Shown here: piece after piece, positions 39,001-54,000 of the stretch
How positions within the stretch are numbered: position 1 is the first letter of the stretch
Layout of the letters: each line of letters begins with the position of its first letter
Position numbers and translations under genes: made by a program
The notes under the pieces: model-generated
Databases searched by the model: none
What the model was told of the DNA's origin: nothing
What the model saw: only the letters and a program-made list of their open reading frames with translations
Origin: Perna viridis
Taxonomy: Eukaryota
Assembly: GCA_037379345.1 (NCBI GenBank)
Contig: CM074514.1
Span: 45,012,001 to 45,076,000 of the forward strand
Length of the DNA: 64,000 nucleotides
Reading direction: 5' to 3'

Positions 39001-42000
39001 TCCAAATTAATCCAATAAAATATAAAAATATGAATCCACTCAATGTTGCAAGGACAGCCCAATTATCTTTTATCTTTTGACCCATGTCGTCGAATACAGA
39101 GTTGAAATCTATGGCATTCGGGGGCACAAAGAAATCAACGCCAAACGATGTCAGATGGTTACACAGACATTTGGTGTAATTAGTGGTTGACAGTGGACTG
39201 ATCTAAAACAGAAGTTTGATGCTGAAATAATAGCTTTATGAAAACAAAACTAGATAACATTGACTTTATTTAAATTATTTTTTCCTGTCAATAATATTTG
39301 CGCGGAACCCACTTGTTTTACTATCATTCTTTGAAGTACATATTAATTAAGTGCATCTTATACTTTATTTGATGTTTACGTTTCGATTAGAAAATTATTC
39401 ACACCAACTCTCTTGAAAAGATTTATGTAAAAATCTATAAAATCGGATACGAGGTGATTCATGCATGCCAAATCTACATTTCTTTAATCTCTAACAAAGA
39501 ACCAGTAAAAGACCACTGAGTCTTATTTCGTCATTAAGTTGCAGCCCTGTTGAGATAAAAAAAAATACACTGTATATAGATTGTTCGTGAAATATCGATA
39601 CTTTGCAAGAGTTATCGTTCTTGGTTTGATTGGTTTATCTTGAAAATTACCTTTTCGCCAAAATAGAGATCTGTTTGTAGAAAGGAATAAAGTAAAGTTA
39701 TTGTGAAGGTAGACCAACAATAGCGGTTGTTCTGTTTCTACACCACGGATCACCTCTAGCATTAGCAGCGTCTGAATTATATATAGATTGATACTTGAAG
39801 TATTATTTTTTTTTACATTTTAAACTTACAGAGCATCCATCTGATGCCCATTTATCTTCAGTCACGTCCCAATAGTAACACCCAGTCGTGAGAAAGCTTA
39901 GGGTGTAGTTAATTGTTACTGGTTCTTCGGGTTCCAACAGATAATCATAATAATCTTCGTATACGTCAATTTCAGTTTCATTTACTAGAACGAAAGGAGC
40001 AGAGGTTGAAATTAAGCGATTTATAAACTTTTTATAAATAAGTTTTTACAACAATATTATAACAAGACATCATTCAAAAAACTGTACGGCCATTTCAATG
40101 ATATTATCGACCAATACCGTGTTTTAATCATTATACAGGTTTGGTTGATTTGTGGTTGTTTTACATTTCGTACTATAACAAGAAATAACTAAATTGACGG
40201 GAGTTTTCTAGAAAAAAAAACGATGGACGCTTATCATACAAGTGCAACAAGGTTATACTCCAATTTTATTTGGGTGAAAGGAAGTCCATATTATAGCAAC
40301 ATTTTTCTATTTTGTTGAGTATGTTATTGTGTTTGTTGTTTTTTTTCCTATTCGTTCTATTACTAATTATCTTTTTTCATTGCGTTTTCCCCTAATACCC
40401 TAGTTAATGCTAAGTAGGAGTTTAAAATGAATACTTTAGAAACAGTGTTCAATTTTGAAAACAAACTTACAATTCTTTGATGTTCAAATTTGTTCAATAT
40501 AATTATTCCACACATTACAAAGAAAAACTAATATCATGTTATGTTTTAATACAATTCAATCCACATCCGAATCCGTATTGATAAAAAATGAAAGTATAAA
40601 CATAATAAATATAAATGTCAGTTTTATTGTATCTCTGTTTAAGACTAGAAAAAGTTGTGAGCTTGACTCACTATATAAATACATTAATTCCCCCATTCAA
40701 TAACATGCACTTTCTGACCGCCAAATCGATTTGGATCACAATTTAAAAAAAAAGGTGCACAATCGGTTCATCAAATTCCACCAAGTGGTTTTGGATGAGT
40801 TTAGGATAAGAGGTGGAAATCTCCACTGTACTCATACTTAAAATGTGATAACGAAGTCTATGTTTTGATAATATGAGATCTTAAAATTGATTTGAATCAA
40901 ATATTAAAAAAAATGCACACTTATCATATGGAATAAAGAGTATGTAAGAGTTTCTTTAAATTCCATTAAATGGCGTAAGAGGAGATAACAATAGAGATGG
41001 ATAACCTCGCGGTCCAAGGGTACCGCTTCGTGACACAAAAGGAATGAAGTACGGGCAACCATATCATTTTACATCCCAGGTGCACGTAAAACGTGACTAC
41101 AGTGTTATTATGCAAAGGCACTAAACAGTCAACTAAAGTGACACAGCATACCTTCCGTTCGTATACCAATGTAATATTGTCCTGGACCATGCCGTCGTAT
41201 ATAATCTTGTCCAAGAAATACTCTGTGCGTCATTTCCTCTCGTAAATCATAGTTTCCAACCTCGACATCAGCACTATGTGGTATAGTTGTATTCCAGTCA
41301 TAATCAATGACCGATGGGAAATCACCATATTTCACAAAGACCTCCAGTTTTCGTTGCAAATCAAAAGGGTTGATTAAGATGATAAGAATACTGTCATTGT
41401 TTCTTACTTTAAACGAATGAAAAGTCAATGTATCCGAATTGTCTATGACAAGATTATGAGTTTGTTTGGACAACATGATCGAATCTATTTCTATATCTAT
41501 TGCTATATCTTCTGTCAAGTTTGCAACAGCTATTTGTTTCCCTTCGTCACCGTATATGTCCATTGTAAGAATTGGACTATTTATAAACTTTGCTGATGAA
41601 TCCCAAACGTATGGATTTGTTTGTGAGCTAAGAATCTACAATTTAAAACAAAAAAAGTTACGGTAAAGTATTTCAATCCCTTTTACAACATCACTCAGAC
41701 AACGATGCATGTTATGGCAAGTCAATATATACAAAAATATTCTACAGAGGAAAAAAAATGATACTTCAATTTGCATTAATTGACTAAAGATTTACTTTTT
41801 ATATTGCTATATCTATAGAAAATTTCGCCTTACTTATGTACATTGTTTTTGTACTTACAAACCATTTATACAATTATTCATGACCACAACTTTTACTTTG
41901 CAACAAAGAATTTATTACAATTTATGAAAAATACTACTAATTTGATTTTAAATAAATATTTCAGATAAACCTTTAAATCAACAACTGAGGCATTCTGCAT

Positions 42001-45000
42001 AGTTTGTAGCAATGATTCTGATGATGGCATTTGGAATGACCCTCCGACCCCATTAACTACAGAACTGTTTATCTTGGAAACTGAGCTTCTTTGAGCCAGA
42101 ACCGTCAGTAGTGGTGACTGTAAAATGACTGGTGGTTCGTCTGGTGCCTGGTTCTTTATGACCGATTGGTAAATAGTCTCTGCCACACTCAATACTTTCG
42201 ATGCCAATTCTTTCACCTGTCAGAATATCATCATTAATTTGACTACTTTAAACGTATTATTTTTCAAGGATTCCGTCAAGTGAGAATGTATGAAGGGAAG
42301 AATATTGGCGATTTTGAAAAACATAAAGGATTTTTCAAGGGATTACCAATTCCTTTTGCGGGCCCTATTTTCAGCGCTTGTTTTCACCAAAATGCGTGTC
42401 TAACTTTTACATCACATTACGTTTTTTTCCAAAATAAATATGTTTTAAAATTGTCAAAAGTATATTTTATCTATTTAAAAAAAAGCTTTAAACTTGATAC
42501 ATATAAAGCTAAATCGGTTAAATATACCACAGAAAATGTACAAAAACACTTCATGATATATAACCCAAAGCGCACCACAGTTTTCTTATCAACAGCTACG
42601 ACTGAGTCGGTAGTTATTCGACCGGATGCAGTTGTTTGGAGAGAGGGCGGCGTTATGGTTGTAGTTGTCTGTTCTATCCCATTTGATTCAAGCATATTCT
42701 GCTCTATAAAATTTGCAATCTCGTCACCAGTCGCTGCAAATACTACACTTCCTAATGTAGCAATTATATCTGAAATCATAACAATTATGAAGGAAGTGCA
42801 GCACTGTAGGTTGAAAAATTATAACAGTACAGGAGCCGGTTTGATAAAAAAACTCAAATTGAGATTTTTCTCAATCCGTCATCATCTCAAATTGTGACCA
42901 ATCTGACAGAATAAAATTGAAAATTTGAGTAAAAACTCAAGAATTAGACAAAAATCGCCTTTTTAAGTTTTTATTTAAACCCAGTACAGATCTGACTACA
43001 ACGACTTTTAGTATTCTAAAACAGTATTTAAAATCGCCGTTTTAAGTTTTTATTTAAACCCAGTACAGATCTGATTACAACGACGTTTAGTATTCTAAAA
43101 CAGTATTTAAAATCGCCGTTTTAAGTTTTTATTAAAACCCAGTACAGATCTGATTACAACGACTTTTATTCTAAAACAGTATTTCTATATCTAATAATAG
43201 TTTTGTTTATAAGTTTCTCACCCATGATAATATCGACTGGTCGGGTGGTTCAAGAAAACAGAGGGCGCTTGTCAAGTCGTTAAATTTATTCCGTGTTACT
43301 AGTTTGGATGATGACTAAGTTGTGCATTTACTTTAATTTTTTGTGTTTCATTTAATGTCGATATGTTGTCACTGTTTTCATCTACTTTATTTGCTTAAAT
43401 TCTGATTTTATTTATTTGTTTGTTTGTTGTTGTGTTTTTTTGCTTTGCTCTTAACTTTCTTATTTGTATATTTTTTTAACCGTGAGCTATGATATAGAGT
43501 ATAAAATGCCGATTTAAAGTGCCGATGCGTAAAGTGTTCCAACCTTCTGCTGCGCTGTACTTCTGACTTTGAGATTCTGTTCTCGATGTGTCAACCATGT
43601 CTTGAAAGTTATTTGCCATTTTCTCCATAGCATTGACTGCAACTGTCTGGAAGACATGGAATAATTTTATTGTATATCAGTTCATGGGTTGTCCATTAAA
43701 AATTGCAATCTCGAAGATGAACATTTATATTTCTGAACCTTTGTTATTTAATTGCCTAAGATAATTTTGAGCATAGACTTGTACAATATACACATGCATT
43801 ACTTGGAAACAAGGTAATACGGCTTAAACAGATTAGTTTTATACACTTGACATTTACCTGAGATTCTCCAGACAATTCAGAACTTTCATGTGTAATTACT
43901 CTGAATGCCATAGCGGTTTGCTGTAGAGAATCTAAAGTTGGTGTTTCTGTCTCTGCAGACAAAGTTTTGATGACAGCAGTCCGCAGCTACAAATAGAAAT
44001 TATTTAGTTTTCTAAATAGAATACCAAGTCGTAATAATATTTTTAAATAAATATTGTTCACGTGGTTGTGAATAAAACGTATAGGTTCACAACTTAAGCC
44101 TGGAGTAATATATTCTTCAGTTAAACGTGCAAAAAAGTATGAATTTTCTAAATCTACAATAATTTCACTAAGATATCAAGATTCAGAACAAACAAAACAA
44201 AATATATTAATTTTACCTCAACTCGAAGTTCTCTTGCAGCAGCTTCTTCCTCTTTACGAAGCTTTTCTGCTTCTTCAGGATCCAGTGTACTTCCAGGGTT
44301 TATGGAGGTATCTGGGGAATAAGTTGTTGTCAAGTTAAAAATAGAGCTACTTGTTGTTGGGTCAGTTTTAGATGGTGTTGTATTTGGAGCCGTTATCATT
44401 TGTAGAAGAGACGCCCTTGATATCCCGATCTGGACTGGCGAATAGTTGATAAGAGAAGCCACAGCTACTACTAGTTGTGTAGCTTCCTGTGCTTTACCAG
44501 AGGATAGAAGTGAGTCTAACTCATTGGAATCCCCGGATGTTAACGTCAAGAGGTCTGATACATCATCCACCACTGGTTCATTTACCTAAATATTAAAGAA
44601 GTATTTCTGAACTTTTATTAAAAATGCTGAATATTGTTTATGTTTCATATCTGATCGATATGAAAATGTATTATCAAACTACTATGTAATATACCCAGGA
44701 TTCAAAATTTTGTCAGATGTAAGAAATTTGCAGTATGTAGGAAAAAAACTCTTAATTTTTCCCAAAATACAGTTTGTGATAAAGACTAAAAACAAAACAA
44801 AAAATACAAACAAACATCCATGAAATTGTGTTTTCGACAATTTTCCTCTAGATTGAGAAGCACCGTTAGAAATATAACAATGTGTGAGTTAAGAAAAAAT
44901 ATCTTCTAGAAGCGCAATATTGTTCATATGGTGCTTTAAGGTAAAGAAAGTAAACCATGAACAGTTAACATTGTGTAGCTTATTAAGACACTTTTGTCAT

Positions 45001-48000
45001 GTAGTATTCGTAGCCCAACTGCCTTGAAAGACGCACTCTGCATTCACTGTTAAAGGAAAAGGTTTATAGTTAGAGCCTGACCCTGGCATGGTCTTATCTT
45101 TTGTGTTTGTATTTGTTTTAGAATGTTATTTCAAGAATTAAATTTCCTTCTCAATAAGCGATAAGTTTCTCATAAGACAGACCGTATTGTATTATATTCA
45201 CGTTTCCGTGAAACCACTCTAAACTGTGAAGTCAGCCTCATATCTTGACCTACACTTAGAAATCGATGGTAAAGGAAAACTATTGACCAAACTTTACGAC
45301 AAACGTGATGACTTTTCATTCAGAATTGTCAACTTTCCTTTTATGGCCGTTATCATGAACTCGTGGATCGTTATGGTGTATCCATCAGCACCATGAAAAC
45401 TGATTTACTCGACGGGTCATAGTTTTCCTTCCCTCGTTTGTCTACCCCGGACTTGACTTTTTATGAGCAACTCGGCGGGTGTTTCTAGAAAAGCAGAGGA
45501 CGATTACCCTACCGGTGCACCTGGTCCATTCTCCCAGTTTTTTTAGTGGAGTCGGAGTTGCTCATTTACTTTTGTTACTTTGTATGTATGATTTTAGTTA
45601 CTTTATGTTCTTTGTTGTGTATGTCTGTTTTCCCTGTCTGGTCTTTGTCCCTGGATTACATTCTTTTGATTACCACTATAACCTTGGTTCCCTTGATTAC
45701 TCTTAAACATATCTCTGGACTAACTGGCTTCCTGTGTAAACATATCTCTGGATAAATTGGTCTCCCGTGTAAACCAAACATCTTCTGAAATCCTATTATA
45801 TCGGTTTTCATGAGTTTTTAACTTAACAGAATAAATATTCCGTTTCATAGGGGAATCGGTTTAGACAGGTTTCAATGTATTAATGTGGTGTTTTCGAATC
45901 AGCTAAATATAATCGACTCGTGACGTATTTAAATGGCCTATTTATTGGGAGTACTCTTCTATGAACAAAACACCGCGAAAATTGAATTGAATTTAATTTT
46001 TATGGAAGCATAGAAATATTCGTAAATATAAGTGACTAAACTCATTATTTGTCAAAATGGTATGTATTTTTTAATTTTAGCAATCGTTTTGTTCTTACCT
46101 TCACTTTCAAATACGTTTCAACATATTCACCAATTGGATTTGAAATTCGAACCACAACGTCATGCATGAAGTCATACTCTTCTGGTCCAAGAGAAAATTT
46201 GCTCTTTGGTGTAAAGGGATCCTTCCCATAGTACAATAGTTGAGTATCATAAGATCCCCGAGGTCGTGACCAAAACCGGTAAAGTAAACCTCGCCCAAGA
46301 CTGTCCTCTTCTCCTGGATTTAACCAGCCGTTACATCGGATTTCAAATTCAGTTTCAAGCGCAAAACCTGAATTTTATCAAATTACGTCGTTGCAAAGCA
46401 AGTAATAAATAAACAAAAGTAAAGAATCAAAAACTATTTGACAAATTCTAAAAAGCTTTATTTACGTTGAGGACATACACAAATTCGATTACGCACGTAC
46501 ATCTGCAGTATAAGAAAAGTTGAACAATTCACTCAACTTTTACTTCCTGATTTAACAGAAGTTGAACTGTGAGGCGTTCGTTTTCTAAATTTTACTACTA
46601 CTAATACAAATCTCTTTCAAAACCTCGTCGAAAGATAAGACTTCAGAAAAGCGATAAAGACCAGTTGTTCAACCAATAACATATGCAATCGAAGACACGT
46701 TTTTGTAATAAGAAAGTTTTGGTCTGTTGAATCTGATACCTTATCAATGACCTGTACATTTAGAAATGGCTTATCAATAACAATTACAGAGATAATAAAT
46801 ATACCTGAGGGTGGATCAATCATGCATGTCCCGCCGTAAGGAGGAAGGTTAGTTATAAACTCATACTCTGTAAAACTTGGAGCATAACCATACACCTTTC
46901 CATCTACACGCATTCTGTAGATTCGACCTCCTATTAAGGAACGACTTTTTATCAATATTGATTGCGACTTGGTTCCTGAAAAAAGTCATAATGAATTTTT
47001 TGATAAAGAAATTTTGGAAATCTTTTCAATTATCGTATACCTGGTAAAATTTGGTACTTTGAAAAGTCGCCATTTATCTTGAGGGACTTCATATAAACAT
47101 GATTTGAAATAATATTTTTGTTTTTTATTTTAATGTTGCGGTTTCATTGGAACTGCGAAATTTCGCGAAAATTGTATTTGCCGCAACAAAATCCGGTTAT
47201 AAGGAATATTTTACTTTGACTAGCCTTTCATTTTTTATTCTCCTCTTACAACATAAGTAGTATATCTTGAACATAAAATGTGTGCAGTTTTATAATTTTA
47301 TCTATTGGTTGGTAGTTCAGTCAATTTACTTTACTTTTCTCACTCAAAAAAAAAATATAAAAAAATAACAGCAACAAAACGTTGTACTGGGTTTTAGCGG
47401 AATCAATGGTGCTGTAAGGTAATAATACTTTCCAAATAGGATATGTTTTATAAACAAACACCGTAAATAATCTTTTAATTCGTTCAAGTAATAATGTCAA
47501 TTAATGTCAAACGTACCTGTTGATGTATGAAGTTCAAGATTTTCAACCCTACTAAATTTGTCTGTGGTTTCGTTCCTTAAAGAGAGAACCCATGTATATT
47601 CTTCTTTGTCATAGTATGTACATTCCACACATCTAACCGACAGGGTAAAATCACTTGACGGGTTCATCTTTGATTTACAATTAACATGGCAGCTGTAAAA
47701 CAATAATTTTTTAATCAAGTGGACGTCTGTTTTTAGTTTTTTAGGGTGTGAACCACAATGCGTTGTCGAACTCAAAGAGCTGAAAAACACCTTGGTATAT
47801 CTGAACGATATGATACTAAGAAACTAAGTCATGATGTGTAAATAAAATATTTCTCATGCCTAAGATTTTGTCTTGCACTTTATTCTGAATATTTCTAAAA
47901 TTGTTTTCTGCAAAACTTTGTAATTATTATCATGAAGTCGAGTTTTTAAATTAATTTTGATACCAATTGACAAATATTCATTTGGCTAATCAGAAATAAG

Positions 48001-51000
48001 GAAACTTACTTTATAGTAAGAGTCGGAGGATCACCCTCAACTATATAGACTACTTGTCTATATGTACTGGATCTTGAATCTTTGATCACTTCAAGTTCGA
48101 ACACATTTTCTGATTGTGGCTCAAAGTAAAGAGTAGAAACCTGAAACAGTGGAGTATTCATAGGTAAAATACCAATGCCAGTCCCAAAACATCCATCCTG
48201 ACGTGTCATATTAATGTAAGTACTCCATTCTGGAATGTCGATGTCTGGCATTGTCGAGTCATACTTCTCTGATGCTTGTCTACAACGCCATATGAATAAC
48301 ATCCCTGTTTTGTTATTTCTATTGTCGATATCTGGATCGTAGGTATCGTCTGCAGCATTCATTATCAAAATATTGTTATAACCAACCACACGTGCATTCC
48401 CTCCATTTATTTTCACATGTAAGGGTGTTGGAGTAATATTCAAATATGTAAAATCTTCAGACGACAATCCATATATTTCGGTCATTGATACGTTAAGGCT
48501 AATCCTATAATGGCCATTTTCAAAAGAACGTGGTGGAAATAATAAGTTAAAATGATCAAGTTTAACATTATTCCTTAAAACATACTCCTGAAACGTATAG
48601 TCTTGGTATGTGTCTCCTTGTGAAATCTTATAAATATTCCATCGATAACTAACGTTTTGAGACACTTTACAATTGACTTCAGCATAACTTTGTAAGTTAA
48701 TCCATTCCGATTTTTGAATCTTTTCAGGTTCATCGATACTGAGACCACCACCAACGATGTGCACAACTGGATAGAAACAACTGATACCACTGATTATTGC
48801 GACACTCGATAAACTTTTCGATGAAATTTCATTACTACCAACTACGTTAACAGTATAGGTTGCATTTACTCGATACATGTGGGTATGAATCAAGGTTGGG
48901 GACAATTGCCAATTAATATACCTATAATTCATCGATTCAGCGGTTTTTTGACAATTATCCTCACCATAAATGGTCAGTGCTGACCCGTCACCAACATCCC
49001 AAATGTAACATGATGTCGTCCCTGGCTGACTAAGTTGTAGACTGAATGTGATCTTTTCAAAAGCGTTAGTTGGTCCATTATTTGTTAAAGTTGACATTAG
49101 TACAGTCTGGTACAAACGAATAACAAATGAATTAACAACAAAAGAAAGCTGATTACTTGCATTTACAATAACAGTATACTCCCCGTCTAGTTTGTACTTA
49201 TAAGAAATAGTTGCCTCAGCCGTCGTCAAAGTATCTCCGTTTCCGAAATCCCAAGCATAATTGATATTGTTACCACTTACAACAGTTGTATCAAATGTAA
49301 TATCCCTTTCAGTAGGGTATATGTTTGCATCGTCACCATAACCGTAACTTACATCTGAGCTATGGTCAGATAAATAGAAATACCTCACTACTTTTAACCC
49401 TTCAAGTCTTTCTAGAACCCAGATAGACTTAGCATCACTTAAAGACGACAAGGCATTATTGACATTAAAACGTATATTGTATTGTCCCTTCTGAACAAAC
49501 GTATGTGCCTTAGAAATTTGATGATTGTCTAACATTTTGTCAATCAGATTGCCTTGTTCCGAAATGCCATCGTTAAAATTAATCGTATAACTGACTTTGG
49601 TTCCACTTTCAATTGTAAACACAAAGTCTATAGTGCCACCGGTTGACACAAAGTCGTGATCTGCACTTATTGATATTCCTGATATTGTTTGTTGAAGCGA
49701 AGTCGAGGTTGAGAAGGTCAAAACACTTAACTTATTGGTACATTGAATGTCTATTTGAACTCCTCCAATATAGTTCTGGTTTACCCAAGTAGCACTGATA
49801 TATTCAATTTTTCCAATTGTCATTTGAGCAATATAAAAATTATGTATGCTAAGATTTGAAATTGTCGTGGAACAGTTTAGGTGCGATGGTGCATCGATTG
49901 AATTCAAGTACTGAATTTTCATTGGTATTTCACCAGGTGGATTTGAAATTACGTGAGCGGTCGACACTACCAGTCCCTGAATTAGGTTTTCGACAAATAT
50001 TTCCTTATCCAGAAATACAATTTGAGAAGAAATGCTGTTTGAAGCTATTATACTTATATTGTATATTCCAACATTAGTAACTCGTAATGAATGAAAATGC
50101 GTAGTTGGACCGCGGAAGCTGTTAGCAATAGACGTGTTTACGAAATCGATGTTATTCAATTTGATATTCAACAAAAGGTTGGAACCATTTTCTGTCTGAA
50201 TATTTAAAGTGACCTCATCGTTAGGTTTAACTGCATAATTGCTTGCCCAAACATCTAAGCCAGTTATTGTCTCTTCTGTCATAACTTCTCCCGCTATATA
50301 CTGATTACTCACAAAATTTGAAATATTTACCTTTATCTCAAATGTACCTACTGGATAGTAATGATACAGTGTTAACCAGCTAGTGTCATTCATAGTTGGA
50401 AGAAATTTATACAAGGACGTCCCATCACCGAATTGCATATCAATATGTACATTGCTATAATTATGCACTGCTAGTATATCAAACTTAATATTACCAGAAT
50501 AGTTATGATCAAGGACAGTTTTCTTCAAGCTGCAATTTCCAATAACGCCCTGAACTTTGATATCAGTGTCTGTGACAATATAACTTATGTCGTTTGAAGC
50601 ATTTACAGTTATTGTATAGTTGCCTTCGTTGTTGTATCTGTAAAACACAACAAAGAATAAATGCAAGACAAAACTCTGGTGTTGTGTGCAATTTCAAATG
50701 ATAATGAGCAATTACTTAATTAGTTTAAGCAGGTGCATTATATCGAACCGCAGCAATTTGTACGTTTGAAGGCAATGAATCTTTATTTAACGTTTTCATG
50801 TTGGTTCCATATAATTTTAAAAAAATGAAATAAATCATATTTCCTGGTAACTGTTTCTCAGCCCCATTTTCCCCTGTTGAACCCTAGAAAATGTGAAATA
50901 ATCGAATATCATTACAGCACTAGTTTACTTGTCATACTTAAAATGTATTTATTGGAACATACATGTGTGAAAACGTCACAGGTAATATAAACGACAACAT

Positions 51001-54000
51001 GTGTGGATCATTGACAGTCTCCACTGACCCATCTCCGTAATCGATAGTGTAGGTTACATGTGAGCCTGTCTGTAGGGCAATGGTTAACTCAACTGTTTCT
51101 AATTCTTTGTAGAAAGTCTTATCAGTCTGTAAAGTGGCAATACCGACAGGATCCATATTTTCAGCATCAATCGCTGTTAAAAATGCAAAAATGTATACCA
51201 TTTTTAAGTAATAAATTTTTTTGAAACTTGAAATATTATGAGTAAGCTCTGAAAAAATACCCCTCACTTCAAGTGAATTATATCATATTTGATCCTTAAG
51301 TTGGATTATTACCCTTCCCTGAACTGACATTAGTTATCTTTCTTCATGAAAATCTCTATATGATGACAATTTGTTCTATATATTTAATCAAATTTCATTG
51401 GGTGGTTAAAGTAGAGAAAAAAAACTAAATTACACTACGTAAAAGGTGAAGTATGCAGTCATTATTGATATTATTTTATTTCATTAAAAATATTCTTTTC
51501 TCATAATTTTCATAATGTTTTTTTTTAAATTACCTGTACAAGAACGGCCAGGACGTTTTGGATTCAATGAAATGTCGAGATAGCCACTCATACAAGTACA
51601 GTTGTAATAACCCTCCAAATTAGTGCATTCCGCTTTAACATTGCAGTCATTCCATAGTGAATTCTCACATTCATTTATATCTAAAAAATGAAACGTTTTG
51701 AATATTTACATAGATTCGGTTCCATTTATTTACAAATAGCATTAAAGTTTCATATTATATATTGCATTACGATAATTCGTTTAATGTATAATGTGGTATA
51801 TAAACAAACCGTTAAAAGTATACTTTACATTTGTTTCCATTTAATCACGGGAACTCACAAGTCTTTCAACCTTTCCCCACTGACCAGTAATCATTTTTGA
51901 AAATAAATCAACATTTTTTGTATGTACAAATCATTTTGTTTACCAGAGTTCAAAACAAGGGGAGTAATTAAGTTAACTATTCAATTAAAATGGGCAATAA
52001 CCCAATTTAGAAAAAAAAATGTTGAATGGTGAAAAAGCATTGTTAAAGACGCAATTTCTGATACAATACGAAAGAATAACACTATATTTGGTAAGAGCTT
52101 TACTAAGTCTGCTTTTCTTGTTTTAAGCTGTGTATACAGCATTTCAATGTGCTTTTAAGTCGTTACATGAAGAACTTAATTGTATTAACTGCGTTTTGAC
52201 CAATTACTCATCAAGGCTGTATCATAACGGATGATGATAATTTGACCAATTACTCATCAAGGCTATATCATAACGGACGATGATAATTTGACCAATTACT
52301 CATCAAGGCTATATCATAACAAAAGATGATAATTTGCAGTTTAGTATTAAATTTTATGAGAAAAAGCTTCACAAGTCCGATTTATTGAGAATTCATCAAC
52401 CATTTAGTACCAACGAATTCTTTTTTAGTATTGAAGATTAAAAAATATACGTATGTTTTCTTATTGTCAGCAGGAGTACTTTTGATTAGTAAAATATGAA
52501 GAAAAAAACATGTCATGAACAGTAATAAGATCTGATTACCATAGGTATGTATGCCTACCTTGAACTGTAAGATTATCGGCAGACAACTCAATACCATACT
52601 GTAGAAATGTTTCTTCGTTTTCCATCATAACATTATACAAGTCTATAGCCGTGGCGTTTGTTGACAGATTATAATAGAGGTAAAGGTTGACTACAATACT
52701 ACCAGGAGATATTGTGTGGATGGAGAGACCATTGTACGTATCAGCGAGGTACGATTTATCCATTGTAACGTGAAGCTAAAGAAGAAAGAAGAACTAATAG
52801 TTATTTTAAAATATGCCAAGAGGTTCCATTAAAAAGGGACAAAAATGCATTCGATGATCATATAAACATTAAAATTAGAGGTCAATGATATAAATGAAGT
52901 TCTGTCGTATTTGTATTGTTCAAAGTCTTTTTAAAATATCTAGCTGAAAACAAGTCCCATAAAAGCTAGGTAAATGCAGTAAACTACATATTAAATTGAA
53001 CATAATCATGATCGTAAATTCAGTGCAGTTACTATAAAAACATACTGAATATCGTAATTGGTTCAGTAGATTACTAAATTCGTTTGAGTCCTCATTCTGG
53101 TAATCTGAGGTAAACACAGCTTCACTGTCATTAAGCTTCAATATCTTTATAGACATTTCAAATTTTACTGCATCTACAATTGATCAGAAATATTGATATG
53201 ATATACTGCATTCACTATCGGCAGTACTAGTATTGTGTGACTTAAAATAAGTTGATGCTTTGATCATTATACAGTACTATGTAATTTTTCAAGTTGACAA
53301 GTTTTATATAAAAGTCATCTATCTTCTTAACGCATTTAACAAGACTCAGTATAATGTAAATCTCCACCGGGGGCTTATTTTGGTGTATATTAGCTATCTA
53401 AAAAAGCCACAATCGGCTTCAGTGCACCAATTACCATACAACTAAATGGGGAAGACTTAAACTTTTCGCATACCCTTTTTACGCAAAATCGCTATAGTTT
53501 ACATCCGCCAAAATAACCTGCAATACGATATTAAGTTACCTTCGCAGGTAAAACCGTCCTTTTGGTAAAAGCCATCATGACATACACAGTAATATCTGCC
53601 ATCTGTGTTGCTACAATTAGAGTATTGTGAACAGGGACTACTGGAACATTCATTTATATCTGTAAATACAACGATAATCCAACAACAAGATCGTAACCAC
53701 AGCAAGTTTTATTTCTAAAATAAACATTATAGAAGAATAAAATACATGCATCAATGCTTCAAGCTTAAATAAAAAAAAAATGAAAAAAATAACAAGGTAA
53801 ATATTTACCTTTGCACTCATTGCTGACTTTTTCGAATCCCGTCAGGCAAATGCAAGTGTAACTTCCAACTGTATTCAAACATTGAGCATTGGTCATACAA
53901 GGAGAAGATAAACATTCGTTTATATCTATAAAAAAATAGCAGTATAAACAACATTGTATGTGTTTATGTGATGAAAAGCAACATTACACCAATTTTTAAC

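Noticed and set aside
42951-43184. CRISPR-like appearance of the short arrays (also 52195-52336 and 58428-58535)
   Set aside because: Units are wholly repeated with no unique spacers, the context is eukaryotic intron, and there are no cas genes.
46045-46298. Apparent frameshift in gene B suggested by two overlapping ORFs
   Set aside because: Translating from the acceptor at 46367 gives one open frame (GFALETEF...LLYYGKDP), so there is no lesion.
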